DNA of 62,868 nucleotides, filler included, from Globobulimina sp. (GCA_003354225.1; 31 parts of 31 records of this genome joined end to end with filler, not necessarily neighbours in it); one strand, 5' to 3'; numbered from the whole stretch's first letter, positions 48,659 through 61,031 are shown. The notes: a model not told the origin generated them from the sequence alone. Made by a program: numbers and translations.

Positions 48659-49269
48659 NNNNNNNNNNNNNNNNNNNNNNNNNNNNNNNNNNNNNNNNNN
48701 NNTTAATTAATTAANNNNNNNNNNNNNNNNNNNNNNNNNNNNNNNNNNNNNNNNNNNNGACTAAATGATAAAATACAAATACTCAAAACATTCTATTTAG
48801 TTTATACAGAAATCTTTGCACAAGTTCTTGATATAAACAGATTGGACATAAACAAAATAAATGATAAACACAATGAAATCATGCTGACAGAGATAGAATC
48901 AGCTGCAGCCACAGTTTGATTATATAATTACAACAATGAGTGTCAGTGCTTTCATCTTCATTTTCCTCAACAATTGTGAAGTTGTTTACTTTCTGCAATT
49001 TGACATGTGGACTGCGACATGAAATTGCACTAGTTTTGGAGAAAAACTTTCTGAATTAAGCTCTTTGATAATAATGCATTTCCTCATTTATACTAATTTC
49101 TTCAAAATAGATTCAAATGAAAGTTTTTGTTTATAAAAATACGGGGTAATAAAATTAAAATTATATATATAATCAATTTCACATTTTTCACATTTTTCAC
49201 ATAAACAATGATCAGCTAACTCACAATGTCATATTTTTTGGGGAAAAAGTAAAAAAGTAAAAAAATAAT

Positions 49270-50217
49270 TTAATATTCACGTTCCTCACTGGCGGTAAGT
49301 ACTGTAAGTTGTGCATGATCGTCATATGCATTTTTCGCCACTTCCACATCATCCACATCCTCCTCCTCATCATTGGCAACAACATGCTGTACGGATTGCG
49401 TATAAATAACATCTTTTGCGACTTTTCTCAACTTTTTTATTTATTATTTGCTGTACGTTTAAATTTATGTAAATATAAAATAAAAATATAGAAAAACCTT
49501 TTTATTCCAGAAATTATAAAATAAACAAGAACCAATCAACGGCAAAGTGACCACCGTAAGCAATATCGCAATCACATGAAAATAACTTATTTTATGATGT
49601 TTTGCGTGCGGATCATGGGCATATTCATTATAATCAGCAGCGATTAACACAGCCGCATCGTTAGAACATTCCATATCGAGTGTATATTCTCCATCGCTCT
49701 CACTCTCACTCCCACTCTCACCATTTACCGCGATATAATATACCCCGACTGGCAAATTTGTAGCATTCAATTTCAGACAGTTTGCAGAATACGCACCGGA
49801 TTGCTTCACTTTAAACCTTCCGCCAAACATAGAAATCACCAAACTATCAACATAGAACTTGGTATCCGTACACGTATCAAATGATACCCACTCCATTCTA
49901 TCCACTACATTGAATTTATAATATTGTGTGGATGCATCGCGCATCATGCCCGACACAGTGATGTCGCACGAGACATCACTCTCTATTTCCAATATTAATT
50001 CACTCTCAGCTGTAATGGTACTGCTATCATTGGAACAGCCCATAAATAACGAATAATTGCTCGCGGCGCACGACGCCGAAAACAATCTGTACGCTCCAGA
50101 GGTAATGTTATTAACTGTCAACGTCGCACATTCATTGCTATCAAATGCTTCGACCGCGGTCATATCTGTATATCTGGAAACTGCTTCCCATTCAGTTTCA
50201 AATTTGTATAAATCCAT
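49270..50217 (-). CDS. Single-pass membrane protein with repeated extracellular beta-domains, partial
   Basis: Modules YYKF...FDTC...LPVGVYYIAV...GEYTLDMEC; TM helix; acidic last exon that appears frameshifted in an A-run. Confidence 0.55.
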
Positions 50218-50788
50218 TTGATTACAATCACCGCTCTGACTCTCTCACCGCTCTCACTCTGACAGGATTGGAATACGACCCATGACTCGTCAGATGTGAT
50301 GGAGAAATCGTATGAATTATGTACATCTGCATAGCCGTAATTGCCATAATAATGCCCTTTTTCGATCGTATTGCAGGTGATTTCAGATCCTTTTAATCGT
50401 AAAAGAATAATGTCATAAACGGAAATTACAACAATATATCAGATCAGATACCTGTTGTTAGAGTGAACAGAACTGACAACATAGACATAGTTGCTTGCTT
50501 TATGGAGGCCATGCTTGTCTTCAGTTGGTGTGGTAGGGGAATGTTTTTTAAATATTAATGTAACAATCATGCTTGTAAAAATACACTGAAATGTCCTTTA
50601 CTTATATCTTTATACCGTATACGTTTTGGTTTATTACCATTGGTGATCACTTTCATATGATATTTCATGACACATTTGATAACACCGCNNNNNNNNNNNN
50701 NNNNNNNNNNNNNNNNNNNNNNNNNNNNNNNNTTAATTAATTAANNNNNNNNNNNNNNNNNNNNNNNNNNNNNNNNNNNNNNNNNNNN

Positions 50789-51018
50789 TGCGCACTTTCA
50801 AATGGCATATTACCACAAAGCACGGTCCACGCAATATATCCAAAACTGAACGCATCCGCTAACCTCGGATCACATTCTTTTCGTTCCTCAATTTCCGGTG
50901 CGCGATATCCATCTTTCCCGGGCAATAAACGCGAACGTATATGTTTGGTATATACATACTTCAGATTTGAACTTTGTTTTTTTTCTTCACGACCACTGCG
51001 CACTTGCACTTGCTTCAA
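50789..51018 (-). pseudogene. Protein kinase C-lobe fragment (subdomains VIII-IX)
   Basis: GKDGYRAPE...ADAFSFGYIAWTVLCGNMPF; no room upstream for subdomains I-VII. Confidence 0.55.
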
Positions 51019-51060
51019 TTCATTTAAATTGTCTTGTTACACTTTACAGCACTGACTGAC

Positions 51061-52581
51061 TCATTCAATGTCGACATGTTTAACTATCTCCATCTTACTC
51101 TTGAGCCACTCAAATAATTCAACAATAGTAATATATTCAGTTTGATTGGTATTGATGGCCATCCATAACACCTCGGTTTCTTTATCATTTAAATTTAATT
51201 TTTTACCAAATTGTTTAAACTTATTATACTCCAAATGTCCACAATTATCGACGTCCAGTTTTTCAAATAACTCCACTGCTTTTAATAATAACTTCCATGC
51301 CGTATGCTTTTCAATATGTTTCTTGATATCATTTGCTTTCGAATTCATATTCTCATCGCATAAAAATTCAACAAATTCATGCAAACTCACTTTATCGATG
51401 TCATCATTGCACTTTATGGAAAACACTTGATCGAAATCACAATGCTCTGTAATCTCTACAATATCCAAAAAGCGCTTTATTTCATTTCGTGTCACATGGT
51501 TTCCCTGCTTATTCCCATAAAAACACTCAACTACTTTCTTTAAATTTGTTTTATAATTCTCACTGTCAATGGACGAGCTGCTATAACTCGTATTTGATGC
51601 ATCAGTATCACTATAACTGTCACTCTCTGTTTTTGCCTCACTGTATTTACTATTCGTTTCTTCCGAGTACACACTGGTTTTCTCAAATTGTTCATTAATA
51701 TCTATATGATTAGATTTGTACTGATCGATTATATCCAATACATTGTATTTGTGAATAAAATAACAATGCATTGTATCCAACAGATCAATATAAAATTGAT
51801 TTGTATCTTGCTCAATGTCGCGTAAATTATGTTGGACAGATTTGTTGCATTTATTTGCATCGCATTTGATAAATTTACTGATCCGTTTTTGAATAAACAG
51901 ATAATTGCGTTGTTGAGTAATATCATTACAATTTAAATGCTCGGATATTAAGTGATGATAATCCGAAATTGCAGTGGAATATGTATCGGTGCAATGAGAT
52001 ACTAATTCCTTTGTGTTGTCTATGTCCGTTGTTTCGTAAAAATGCAAAACCATAGCAACTCGATTCAATGCAGCACATTTTTTGATGGGACAATTGAGAG
52101 TGTCTGTTTGCATTTGTTTAACTGGCCCTTTTTCTTCACCGTCAGTGTCATCAACAAATCCAAGCAGAGATTTTGCTGTGGTTCCATTTTTTGTAAATTG
52201 ATTAGATAGCACTTTTAAATATATTTTATTGAATTGACTGAACCTATTTCCTTCTTCGTAAATATATTGAACAATAATTTCATGCGCATCGATCCATGAC
52301 ACGACATTTTTAGAGTATGTGACCAAAATATGAGCGTGCGATGGAAGTTGTCGGTGCTCGGCCAGATATTTGCATAAAAAAGTGCCAGCTGCATTGCATT
52401 TGGTGAATTTGGTTTCTTCTTCATACATATATTGAGCAATGATATCATGGGCATCCACCCACGACACTGCATTTTGAGAATATTTGACCAAAATACCAGC
52501 ATGGGATGGAAGTTCCTCATGTTCTGACAGATATTTGCATAAAAACGTGCCAGCGCCATTATTAACTCTTGAAAACATCAA
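51061..52581 (-). CDS. Protein with duplicated ~54-aa N-terminal module, Cys/His-rich middle domain and C-terminal EF-hands
   Basis: AGTFLCKYL..H..LPSHA x2; DYHH, HCYFIH; EF-hands DVDNCGHLEYNKF and NTNQTEYITIVEL. Confidence 0.7.
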   Translation of the reverse strand: MMFSRVNNGAGTFLCKYLSEHEELPSHAGILVKYSQNAVSWVDAHDIIAQYMYEEETKFTKCNAAGTFLCKYLAEHRQLPSHAHILVTYSKNVVSWIDAHEIIVQYIYEEGNRFSQFNKIYLKVLSNQFTKNGTTAKSLLGFVDDTDGEEKGPVKQMQTDTLNCPIKKCAALNRVAMVLHFYETTDIDNTKELVSHCTDTYSTAISDYHHLISEHLNCNDITQQRNYLFIQKRISKFIKCDANKCNKSVQHNLRDIEQDTNQFYIDLLDTMHCYFIHKYNVLDIIDQYKSNHIDINEQFEKTSVYSEETNSKYSEAKTESDSYSDTDASNTSYSSSSIDSENYKTNLKKVVECFYGNKQGNHVTRNEIKRFLDIVEITEHCDFDQVFSIKCNDDIDKVSLHEFVEFLCDENMNSKANDIKKHIEKHTAWKLLLKAVELFEKLDVDNCGHLEYNKFKQFGKKLNLNDKETEVLWMAINTNQTEYITIVELFEWLKSKMEIVKHVDIE

Positions 52582-53252
52582 TCACAATAAATGAGTTTCC
52601 GAAAGTCTGCGTTGAACATATCATTAAAGTGCGAATTTGCATTGTTACAGTTAATGTACATGTACATAAAATATGTTAATAAAATAAATAACCTAGATGT
52701 CGGCTAGCGACATTGACTNNNNNNNNNNNNNNNNNNNNNNNNNNNNNNNNNNNNNNNNNNNNTTAATTAATTAANNNNNNNNNNNNNNNNNNNNNNNNNN
52801 NNNNNNNNNNNNNNNNNNATCCACGTGAAATGTGTCCATAGATGTTAAATACTATTCTTAATGGGTAAACTACATAAACTGCCAAAAGCAATATCCATAA
52901 TGCACCGATAAAATATGCGATAAACGCTTTTTCAATCGCAATGTCTAAATCCTTCATCATATCGCAGTATGACACAAGTCACAGAAACATAAATGTTCTT
53001 TAAAAAACAGCCAATATTTAATTCATCGGATTTTAATCTACAAAGTTTGTTTTCCGGAAAGACACAAATTTACACGGATTGGTTTGTTTATTTCTAAAAA
53101 AAAAGCTAATAAATCAAATGAAATTAAAATTCACACATTAAAATGTATCAAAAACATTGAAACAAAAAGAAAAATGAAACTCACATACAAGCAATGGAAA
53201 AAAATAAACACTAAAATAAAAACAGTCACTAAAACTAGCACACACTATAAAA

Positions 53253-54299
53253 CTACAAATGATTATATAACTTAATTAATTTCTTCACCGATCGCGATTT
53301 ACTCGGAGTGCGAATATCATCGTCAACGCTATCATCATCATCCATGCATCCATGGCCATGGGTTACTGTATCAAGTGTTAAATATCGATCCTTATAATTA
53401 TTATCATTCCCAACCGGATTAAATGTATCCTCCTCATCCTCATCCTCCATCTCCTCACCACAGACATCATTATTTTGCGTGTTTGCATCGCATGGATTTT
53501 TTTTAAATTCATCACCGTAATTACTTAACGGCGTAATTGTATGCGTTATCATCATCTGATTGTTCGCAATCTCCCTTTCCTTGATTTTGATTTGTAACTC
53601 CTGGATCATTTGGGACTGCTTTGTCTGTGACTGCTTTGTATGCGTTTCATCCATAACCACATCACACTGCACCTCCATTGCCGTAGGAACCTCATAATTG
53701 ACTCTGTCATACTCATTACCTGTATTCTTCCGTAATTTTGATTTCCGTTTGGTATGACACACAAAAATAACGCCAACGCAAACGCATAAACAAAACATGC
53801 CACTCAATACACCCGCAAATATTATCAATCCGCCGATGGTGTTTGTGTCCACCTCGTCCACTGCGGCAATGTTATTGTGGTTCATTATGGTATTGGTGTT
53901 GAGGTCAGTTATTGTGGTGGCGATGGGCGATTTTGTTGGTGTTAATGTGCTTTGATAATGAAATGTGGTGCGGTTCTTTGTTGGTGGTGTTGTTGGCGTG
54001 GCAGCAGTAATAATATGAATATGATTGTGTGGGTTTTCTGCGGTGATGTCCATGTTTGTACATCCTGTGCTTCCGACACATATCAGATTGAAATTATCAG
54101 CCGATGAAAATATGGATGTGCCATTACAGGAGACACAAGTTAGTGTACATGACGAAGCTATTGATGTGCAGTTGTATGTGATATCAGTACATGCATTTGG
54201 ACAATCCCAATTACAGCCAGATGGATCGGTGCATGTTGTTGGTTGACTGGTGGTGATGTATAGATATGTTGATAGCACACTGCAAGCTAAAAGTAACAT
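53253..54299 (-). CDS. Type I membrane protein (signal peptide, Cys-rich ectodomain, Thr/Pro stalk, TM)
   Basis: Sequence composition and hydrophobic segments. Confidence 0.65.
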   Translation of the reverse strand: MLLLACSVLSTYLYITTSQPTTCTDPSGCNWDCPNACTDITYNCTSIASSCTLTCVSCNGTSIFSSADNFNLICVGSTGCTNMDITAENPHNHIHIITAATPTTPPTKNRTTFHYQSTLTPTKSPIATTITDLNTNTIMNHNNIAAVDEVDTNTIGGLIIFAGVLSGMFCLCVCVGVIFVCHTKRKSKLRKNTGNEYDRVNYEVPTAMEVQCDVVMDETHTKQSQTKQSQMIQELQIKIKEREIANNQMMITHTITPLSNYGDEFKKNPCDANTQNNDVCGEEMEDEDEEDTFNPVGNDNNYKDRYLTLDTVTHGHGCMDDDDSVDDDIRTPSKSRSVKKLIKLYNHL

Positions 54300-54344
54300 G
54301 GTTCAGTCTTTGGTGAAAAGTTTTTTACTTTGTTTTAAGAGAAT

Positions 54345-54748
54345 ATGGATAAGAAAGAGAATGAGTTGGAGACATTATTACAGGTTGAAGGTCGAGGTTG
54401 GAGAGTTGAACTATTTGCAGATGAAAAGAGTATATTAAATGTGTTGTATGCATACTGCGGTGCTGTTTGTCGAGAAGCGGTGGAATTAGGCTGTGATCAT
54501 AATGATTGTGAGATATTCCTTCATTGTAAGCAATGTTTAACAGATTTGATAAAGAATAATAACGGGAAATGCCCCATAAATAATCATCAAAATGCCATAA
54601 TAACTCGAAGCAGAGCGACCCGACGATGCATATCCAAATCAATGGTATTCTGTCCATATTCGGTTGAATTTAAAGCAAAGGACAAAGTTGAAAATACAAA
54701 TAATTTTGATGAGAAAGAAGGAATTTTGAGGAATGGCTGTCATTTCAA
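54345..54748 (+). CDS. RING/TRAF-like zinc-finger protein, 3' partial
   Basis: CGAVCREAVELGCDH...CKQCL...CPINNH...VFCPY...GCHF. Confidence 0.65.
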
Positions 54749-55265
54749 NNNNNNNNNNNNNNNNNNNNNNNNNNNNNNNNNNNNNNNNNNNNTTAATTAA
54801 TTAANNNNNNNNNNNNNNNNNNNNNNNNNNNNNNNNNNNNNNNNNNNNCATTTTGGAAAAGATCAACATAGCCAGTTAACCGATCGTAGGCAGTATTTGA
54901 TTTCGACAGGCCATTTCCTAAATGATTTCTGCGTATATATTAAATAGCATATGTATGTATGTATTTGTTTTTTTTTGTTTTGTATATTAAATATTGCAAT
55001 TTACCGAAACAAAGCTTCTGCTAATGTTAAACCATGAGTTTGATTCACAATTAAAGTGATTATCAATATGGAATATTGACAGATACTTTTTCTGTGCATG
55101 ACTCAGTTAGATTTTCAGTTTGGTCAAATCAACTCAGATCAAAATGCCAAGAAAAAGTATATACAAACACATTAAATGCATTGCACAAAATACAATGATG
55201 ACAATTTTCGTCCAAATTGCTAAACACAATTGGTCAATGAACAAAACACAAGCAATTCCTATAAA

Positions 55266-56778
55266 TTAATCACTCGAAATTAAATTGTTTTTCGAATTCC
55301 GATAAATGTTTAACGAATTCGAATATGAATATTCCAAATTGCTTCCACCAGAATCAATTTCATCGGAATCTGTTATGGATATTTCTGGTTTAAATATTGT
55401 ATGTTTCTCCACAGAACTTTGATCATCTGTACTATGATAATCATCATTGTCTTCATTATCTGAATTAGACAAATCTATTCCAAGCACTCTAGCACATCTT
55501 TCGAAATTTGACTCATGGTCGTTATTCTTTTTATATTTACGATAATGTAACAATTTTCGCCGTAATATTACACCCATTTCTTTTGTTCTCTTGCCTTGAT
55601 TTCCTCCATACGGTACAAACCTGCTTGAAATCAATGAATTGAGTTTATTGGCAATTTCAATATCAAAAGTCGCAACAATATCGCGTACAAAATGTTGACA
55701 ATTATTTGATACCACATTATATTGAGAGTGAGAATTATTAGTTAACCATTTACAAACTATAACACCAATCTCATCACATGATACTGGATTAGCGAAATAT
55801 ATTCTTTTTAATACAGTCCAACTTTGATTCAAATGTCGTGGTTTCAGAGAATCATCGCGAGGCCAATAATACCAAAACAATCTTCTATCCAATCGAGTAT
55901 TTTCTAATACGTTAGTCCGTACTATCCCATGCATTTCGTTATACGCAGAGAATTCAACAGTCATTAACTCACTCTCTCCTTCAAACTTTAATGCCCAATG
56001 ATTAAGCTTTGTATTTATAATTTTTATTGGCCGTTTTGCTATCCACAATGTATGAAAAAGTTTACTTTCTGTTTTAATTAACTTTGATGGATCACGTATA
56101 TACCGACGGTTTAATGCATCAATTGATTTAATTCTATCTCTTGCGGTTATTTTAAAATAATTACGTATTTCATTATCATGAATTCTGAGTTCATCATAAA
56201 GAAATTCCTTTAAACACAGTAAGGATGAAAATATTCGGTGTAAATAGTCTGCATATTTCTTCAGATCATCGTCAGACATTTCTTTCCCTCTTACTGGTAA
56301 CTTTGGTTTTGCTATCAATATCTCTTCGGTTTGCATTGATTCAATCAATGCCTTACCTCTTTTCTGTAATGTCTGTGGCAGTGCTTTAATTTATATATAT
56401 TTTACAAAAATTAATTGCAACAAATACAATATTAATGTTACGTACCAGTTGGATAACAAGCATTTGAATTTGCAAAATAATCATTTTTAGTGTTATTTGA
56501 ATTAACATACCGATCAATATTCTGTAACTGTTTGTATACAATGTTAATTGGACAATAAGCATATATATAATCACTATAACAATTTTTGATGTCATACTTC
56601 GATTTCATTTTCGTTTTATCATATTGTTTAAATCGAAACCATATATTAATAATGTTATTCGTTGGCTCATAAGCTTCATATGACATTACTTGTGTTAATG
56701 TTCGAGGTAAAATACAAACAGATATCATTAACTGCTGATCAACAAACACTTTTTCACACATTTTAATAGCCTCTGCAT
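55266..56778 (-). CDS. Permuted papain-fold (PPPDE/LRAT-like) peptidase-domain protein, 5' partial; intron 56384-56445
   Basis: NHWAL (His) precedes YNVVSNNCQHF (Cys); the intron joins the upstream ORF in frame. Confidence 0.65.
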
Positions 56779-56878
56779 NNNNNNNNNNNNNNNNNNNNNN
56801 NNNNNNNNNNNNNNNNNNNNNNTTAATTAATTAANNNNNNNNNNNNNNNNNNNNNNNNNNNNNNNNNNNNNNNNNNNN

Positions 56879-57349
56879 CATTCTAAAATTTAACATATTT
56901 AATTTATTGAGAATAAACCAATCAAATGTGTTTGCAGAATCCGTTGTAATCCATAAACGCCAATTGCTATCATTAATATTTTTATATTCCATCAGTGTTG
57001 TCTCTTTATTATTATTTGGATCACCAAATGGATCAGAAAACGCATCAAATGTTGTTTTAGTATCACAGACACCCTTTTTTTTTTGAGAGAGAGAGGAGAA
57101 TTCTAATTCGGAATCTAAATCTTTTTTCTTTTTCTTTTTCTTTTTATCTTTTTCAACATTCTTTATTTTGATTGGTTTTGCTTTATAATACACGCCATTT
57201 ATCGCTTTCTCAAAAGCATTTTGTACATGATACTCCTGTGGAAATTCATCAAGTAGTTCATTACGTAAATGTGGTGCCAGTCTGATTGCACGGATATTAA
57301 AAACAAATGTGCTCAATAAAACAAGTATGAAGCAACGCTTCGACATCAT
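56879..57349 (-). CDS. Secreted hypothetical protein, 3' partial
   Basis: Signal peptide; frame open to the contig edge. Confidence 0.5.
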
Positions 57350-57429
57350 CTGTGATTGTGAGTTGTTTTTGCTGACATTTCATTCTCTAAATTATGGTTT
57401 TCGATAGTTAACCACCATTTGATTCGCCA

Positions 57430-58710
57430 TCAAAAAAGTTTACATAATGTTATGATGTTAATTTTATAAATTAAACACTCAAATATTAAAGTCATCAATT
57501 CGTGTCGTATCATCTCCTTCAAATAACTCATCACTGAGATCACACATTTTTTTGTTATCTTGGAATTCTTGTCTTGTGATCTTATTGCTTTTCCATTTAG
57601 AAATAGGCTGTATACCAATATCTGTTTCGTGCTTCGTATTAGCAGTTGTTTTATCTTGTTGTTGTTTGGAATAACAATAATATATTCAATTATACATAAC
57701 AAAATTAAAAAAAAAAGAATGGAAAAAAAAATTAATAATAACGCCCAGTGTGGTACCATCAACAATAACCAATCTTCATTTCCTCCCAACTGCGCATCTA
57801 TTAATTGATCCCATTCCTCTCTCAGATTAACATTATCAACGGATTGCCGATGCGTTACAGCTTTCCATTGGGAATTGTTTACTTGCAAAATATCAATTTG
57901 CTTTTGTAACTGCTCCATTTGGTTTTGTTTGCCATATTTTACCTCTTTCAAATCCCAGGTTAATTGCATAAGTTTACTGTTTGAATCAGCTCTTCTTTTT
58001 GATAATTCCGCGTCATTTATCTGCTTGATTTCTCGCAAACGTTGTTGTATATCAACAATTATGCGATCTTGTTTGCAATATTTGGGGCTCAGTTTTTGCT
58101 TTAAATCATGTATAAGTGTTTCTTGTCGTTGAATTTCTTTGTGATAATTTGAAATTGTGAGCTCTGTTTTGTTCGCATTATACGCATCCATTACCATTTG
58201 TACTTTTTGTGTTTGTGCTATCAATTGAGACTCACATTCTTTTTTAAAATCATCAATGGAATGAATGATCTCATTGTTCAGAATATACACTTTATTTCCA
58301 TTTGGTTCATTGTCAAAAAGTTCATCCATTTCCACAAAGAATAATCGATGCGAGTTTCCACGCGCTCTACTCCACGCGTGGGCCCCTTTATTCACAATAA
58401 TCCACGTGTATTCATTGTACTTTTCAGTGGTTACTATTAAATACCAATCTGTTTTTGCTTTATTGTATACGATAATGTGATTCTGTGTTAATTTAAACGG
58501 TTCAAACGTGTCATGCCAAGTCTTTAGCCAATTAAATCCGATAAAATCATAAAAGCCATTTACAGATTTGTATTGGGAATGTTGAATTTTGTATTGTTTG
58601 GTGAGATTCAATTTCTTGAACCAAATTTTATCAATTATTGGGTCGAAATTAAATTCTAGCTCTAATGTTACAGGTGCTGAGTCTGCAGACACACTAATAT
58701 TGTCCATCAT
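57430..58710 (-). CDS. Coiled-coil protein with a C-terminal TM segment
   Basis: 426-aa ORF with heptad region and hydrophobic helix. Confidence 0.6.
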   Translation of the reverse strand: MMDNISVSADSAPVTLELEFNFDPIIDKIWFKKLNLTKQYKIQHSQYKSVNGFYDFIGFNWLKTWHDTFEPFKLTQNHIIVYNKAKTDWYLIVTTEKYNEYTWIIVNKGAHAWSRARGNSHRLFFVEMDELFDNEPNGNKVYILNNEIIHSIDDFKKECESQLIAQTQKVQMVMDAYNANKTELTISNYHKEIQRQETLIHDLKQKLSPKYCKQDRIIVDIQQRLREIKQINDAELSKRRADSNSKLMQLTWDLKEVKYGKQNQMEQLQKQIDILQVNNSQWKAVTHRQSVDNVNLREEWDQLIDAQLGGNEDWLLLMVPHWALLLIFFSILFFLILLCIIEYIIVIPNNNKIKQLLIRSTKQILVYSLFLNGKAIRSQDKNSKITKKCVISVMSYLKEMIRHELMTLIFECLIYKINIITLCKLF

Positions 58711-58908
58711 TGATTGACTAAAACAGAAAACAGCTGAACAATATATTCAGATAGACAACCCCATCCCACTGTATACCGAATATTTCTGTTACAATCCCAA
58801 CAAACGAGNNNNNNNNNNNNNNNNNNNNNNNNNNNNNNNNNNNNNNNNNNNNTTAATTAATTAANNNNNNNNNNNNNNNNNNNNNNNNNNNNNNNNNNNN
58901 NNNNNNNN

Positions 58909-60724
58909 TTATTCTTATGTAAAATATGGTTATTATATTTCAAACAACAGTATCATACAACACTTGCCTCACAAACATGGCAAAAAGTAATAAATGCTCG
59001 GTTTAATTCGTGGTTCATTACAAATAAAAATAAATGGGGCAATGATGCCTTTATATTGAAATGAACGATCATTCCCCTATTTGTTTGTATAGCAATTGAG
59101 TTAATTTTATTATATTTACATTTTCATATTCATTCCATATTAATAATATCCATAATATTTTCAATTCCAATTTTTATATTTTATTACAAATTAAAAGATT
59201 TTTACGATGTTTATAAAATTAAAAATGAAATATATTATCAATGTGTTGTAATGGCAGTTATTTTTACAATTTATTTGATTCAATTTATGGTAGAATTGAT
59301 TTCCGGAGAAAATCATGGCGGTATAAATACATTAATAGCCATAGTAATTGGTGATTTTACACTTTTTTTAATGTCAATAATATCTTGTGCATATCCGGTA
59401 TATTTACATAAATCAAGAAAAACAGAAAGTGCCTTGATTTTACAAATGACAGCAACATCATCCACACCAAGGCGCGTATGTACTATCGATGGAATGCTAA
59501 AAGTAATATCTACGTATCATGGATTTCAAGCTTTTATGACTCATTTAGTTAAGTATAACATAATAAATTAAGCCTACATTGTGTTGTCTTACAGTATATA
59601 TTAGAATTAGTGCATTTAACTGAATTTTTTGAAAGAAAAGTCGATAATTCAGTTTATTTTATCCGTCTACAGTCTATATTTATTAGACTAATCGAATAAA
59701 TATTTAATTATATTAATCATATTTATGTTGAAAAGGATATAATAAGTCTTTGTCGTTTATGAGTCAGAGTCAGAGCCGAGCCGAGTGTAGTGATCGAGTG
59801 CCATGGGTTTGGTTAGCTGATAATAATAGTAAAGTCACTGGGCTCACTCGATCACTAAAACCATGTCAACTCGATCACTACACCCTGACTCTGCTCGGCT
59901 CGACTCCGACTTTCACTCATAAACGACAAAGACTTATTAGATTTTAGAACCTTGATATCGTTGCATGGGACGAATAAAATTGTACTGAATTAGTGACTTT
60001 GCTTTCGATTAAATATAAAAAGGTGACAGAATACGCAACAGAAACTTTATTTTTCGTAACGGAGTTGATTCAGATTAAATATGAATTTCAAAGGAAACAT
60101 AATAATATATTAAAATTACCAAAATATATAAATAATGACGATGAATATCACATAATTGATTTTAGTGCAGAGCTAAATGAAAATTGTTTAAGTAAAGATG
60201 CTGAGTTAAAAAATAGCAGTACCGTTGAAATGATGGCAGCGTCCTCATTTTTATTCACACCACAAGGCTCTATTTTGTGTAGAATAAGATTACCGACTGG
60301 TATTCCAAGAAGTGAATTGTTGAATATACATCGAGTCTCATTTAAAAATCAATTGTATGGATTATATTTAAAATATATTGAACATGATTGTATTCATGAA
60401 ATTAATATATCATCGGAGGTAAGAAATATTATCCAAACCTATTTTGAAAAGGATGCGGTAGTTAATCAAAGTGGCGATAAATCAGATTGTATGATATTTA
60501 ATATTATGGATGCGGCGTGTATTGAAGTTATAAAAATAATGTTTTCTTCTTATTCGAGATTTGGTAGGGACAAAAATGTTCCATTAAATCAAACGTCCGA
60601 TGCTAATTTTATTAGTTCCGAATGGAACAATGTTGCAATCCATACCGATTTATCTTATTCTCCATTCAAAGACACATGTAATATTATCTCCGTAAATATT
60701 TTGAACAATTTTGTAAATGTGTAG
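58909..60724 (+). CDS. Multi-TM (7TM-like) RGS-domain protein, 5' partial; intron 59548-60022; in-frame TGA at 59062-59064
   Basis: Spliced GFQAFMTHL-VTEYATETLFF...LYLKYI...EINISSEVR is an RGS box; TM segments lie upstream in the same frame. Confidence 0.75.
59602..59744 (-). repeat. Dispersed ~140-bp hairpin repeat (copy 2), intronic
   Basis: Reverse complement of 6123-6261. Confidence 0.9.
59745..59934. mobile_element. MITE (~190 bp) flanked by TA
   Basis: Perfect inverted repeat 59740-59764/59915-59939 (includes the flanking TA); inner inverted repeat 59785-59799/59869-59883. Confidence 0.85.
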
Positions 60725-60938
60725 AAGAAGATAAATATATTATTATTTTTTTATTGTGTGTGTTTTGTTGTGATTATTATAAGTAAATTAAAACTCCTCT
60801 CCCTATACAGTCTAAATATAAAATATTATCTGATATTGNNNNNNNNNNNNNNNNNNNNNNNNNNNNNNNNNNNNNNNNNNNNTTAATTAATTAANNNNNN
60901 NNNNNNNNNNNNNNNNNNNNNNNNNNNNNNNNNNNNNN

Positions 60939-61031
60939 ATATCCACCACCTCCACCTTGATTATAACCACCGTCGCCGCCACCACCACCGCCTTGATTGT
61001 AGCCTCCACCTCCTTGCCTTCTCTGTGTCAT
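60939..61031 (-). CDS. N-terminus of a Gly-rich protein (GGGGYNQ repeats), 3' partial
   Basis: MTQRRQGGGGYNQGGGGGDGGYNQGGGGGY runs off the contig edge. Confidence 0.5.

Noticed and set aside
58909-59250. Alternative genetic code (TGA=Trp)
   Set aside because: TGA ends other ORFs (for example 17535 and 30206) and conserved Trp positions use TGG.
1933-60938. Regularly spaced TTAATTAATTAA motif as a biological repeat or array
   Set aside because: Always embedded in N44 pads between length-sorted contigs; it is an assembly linker.
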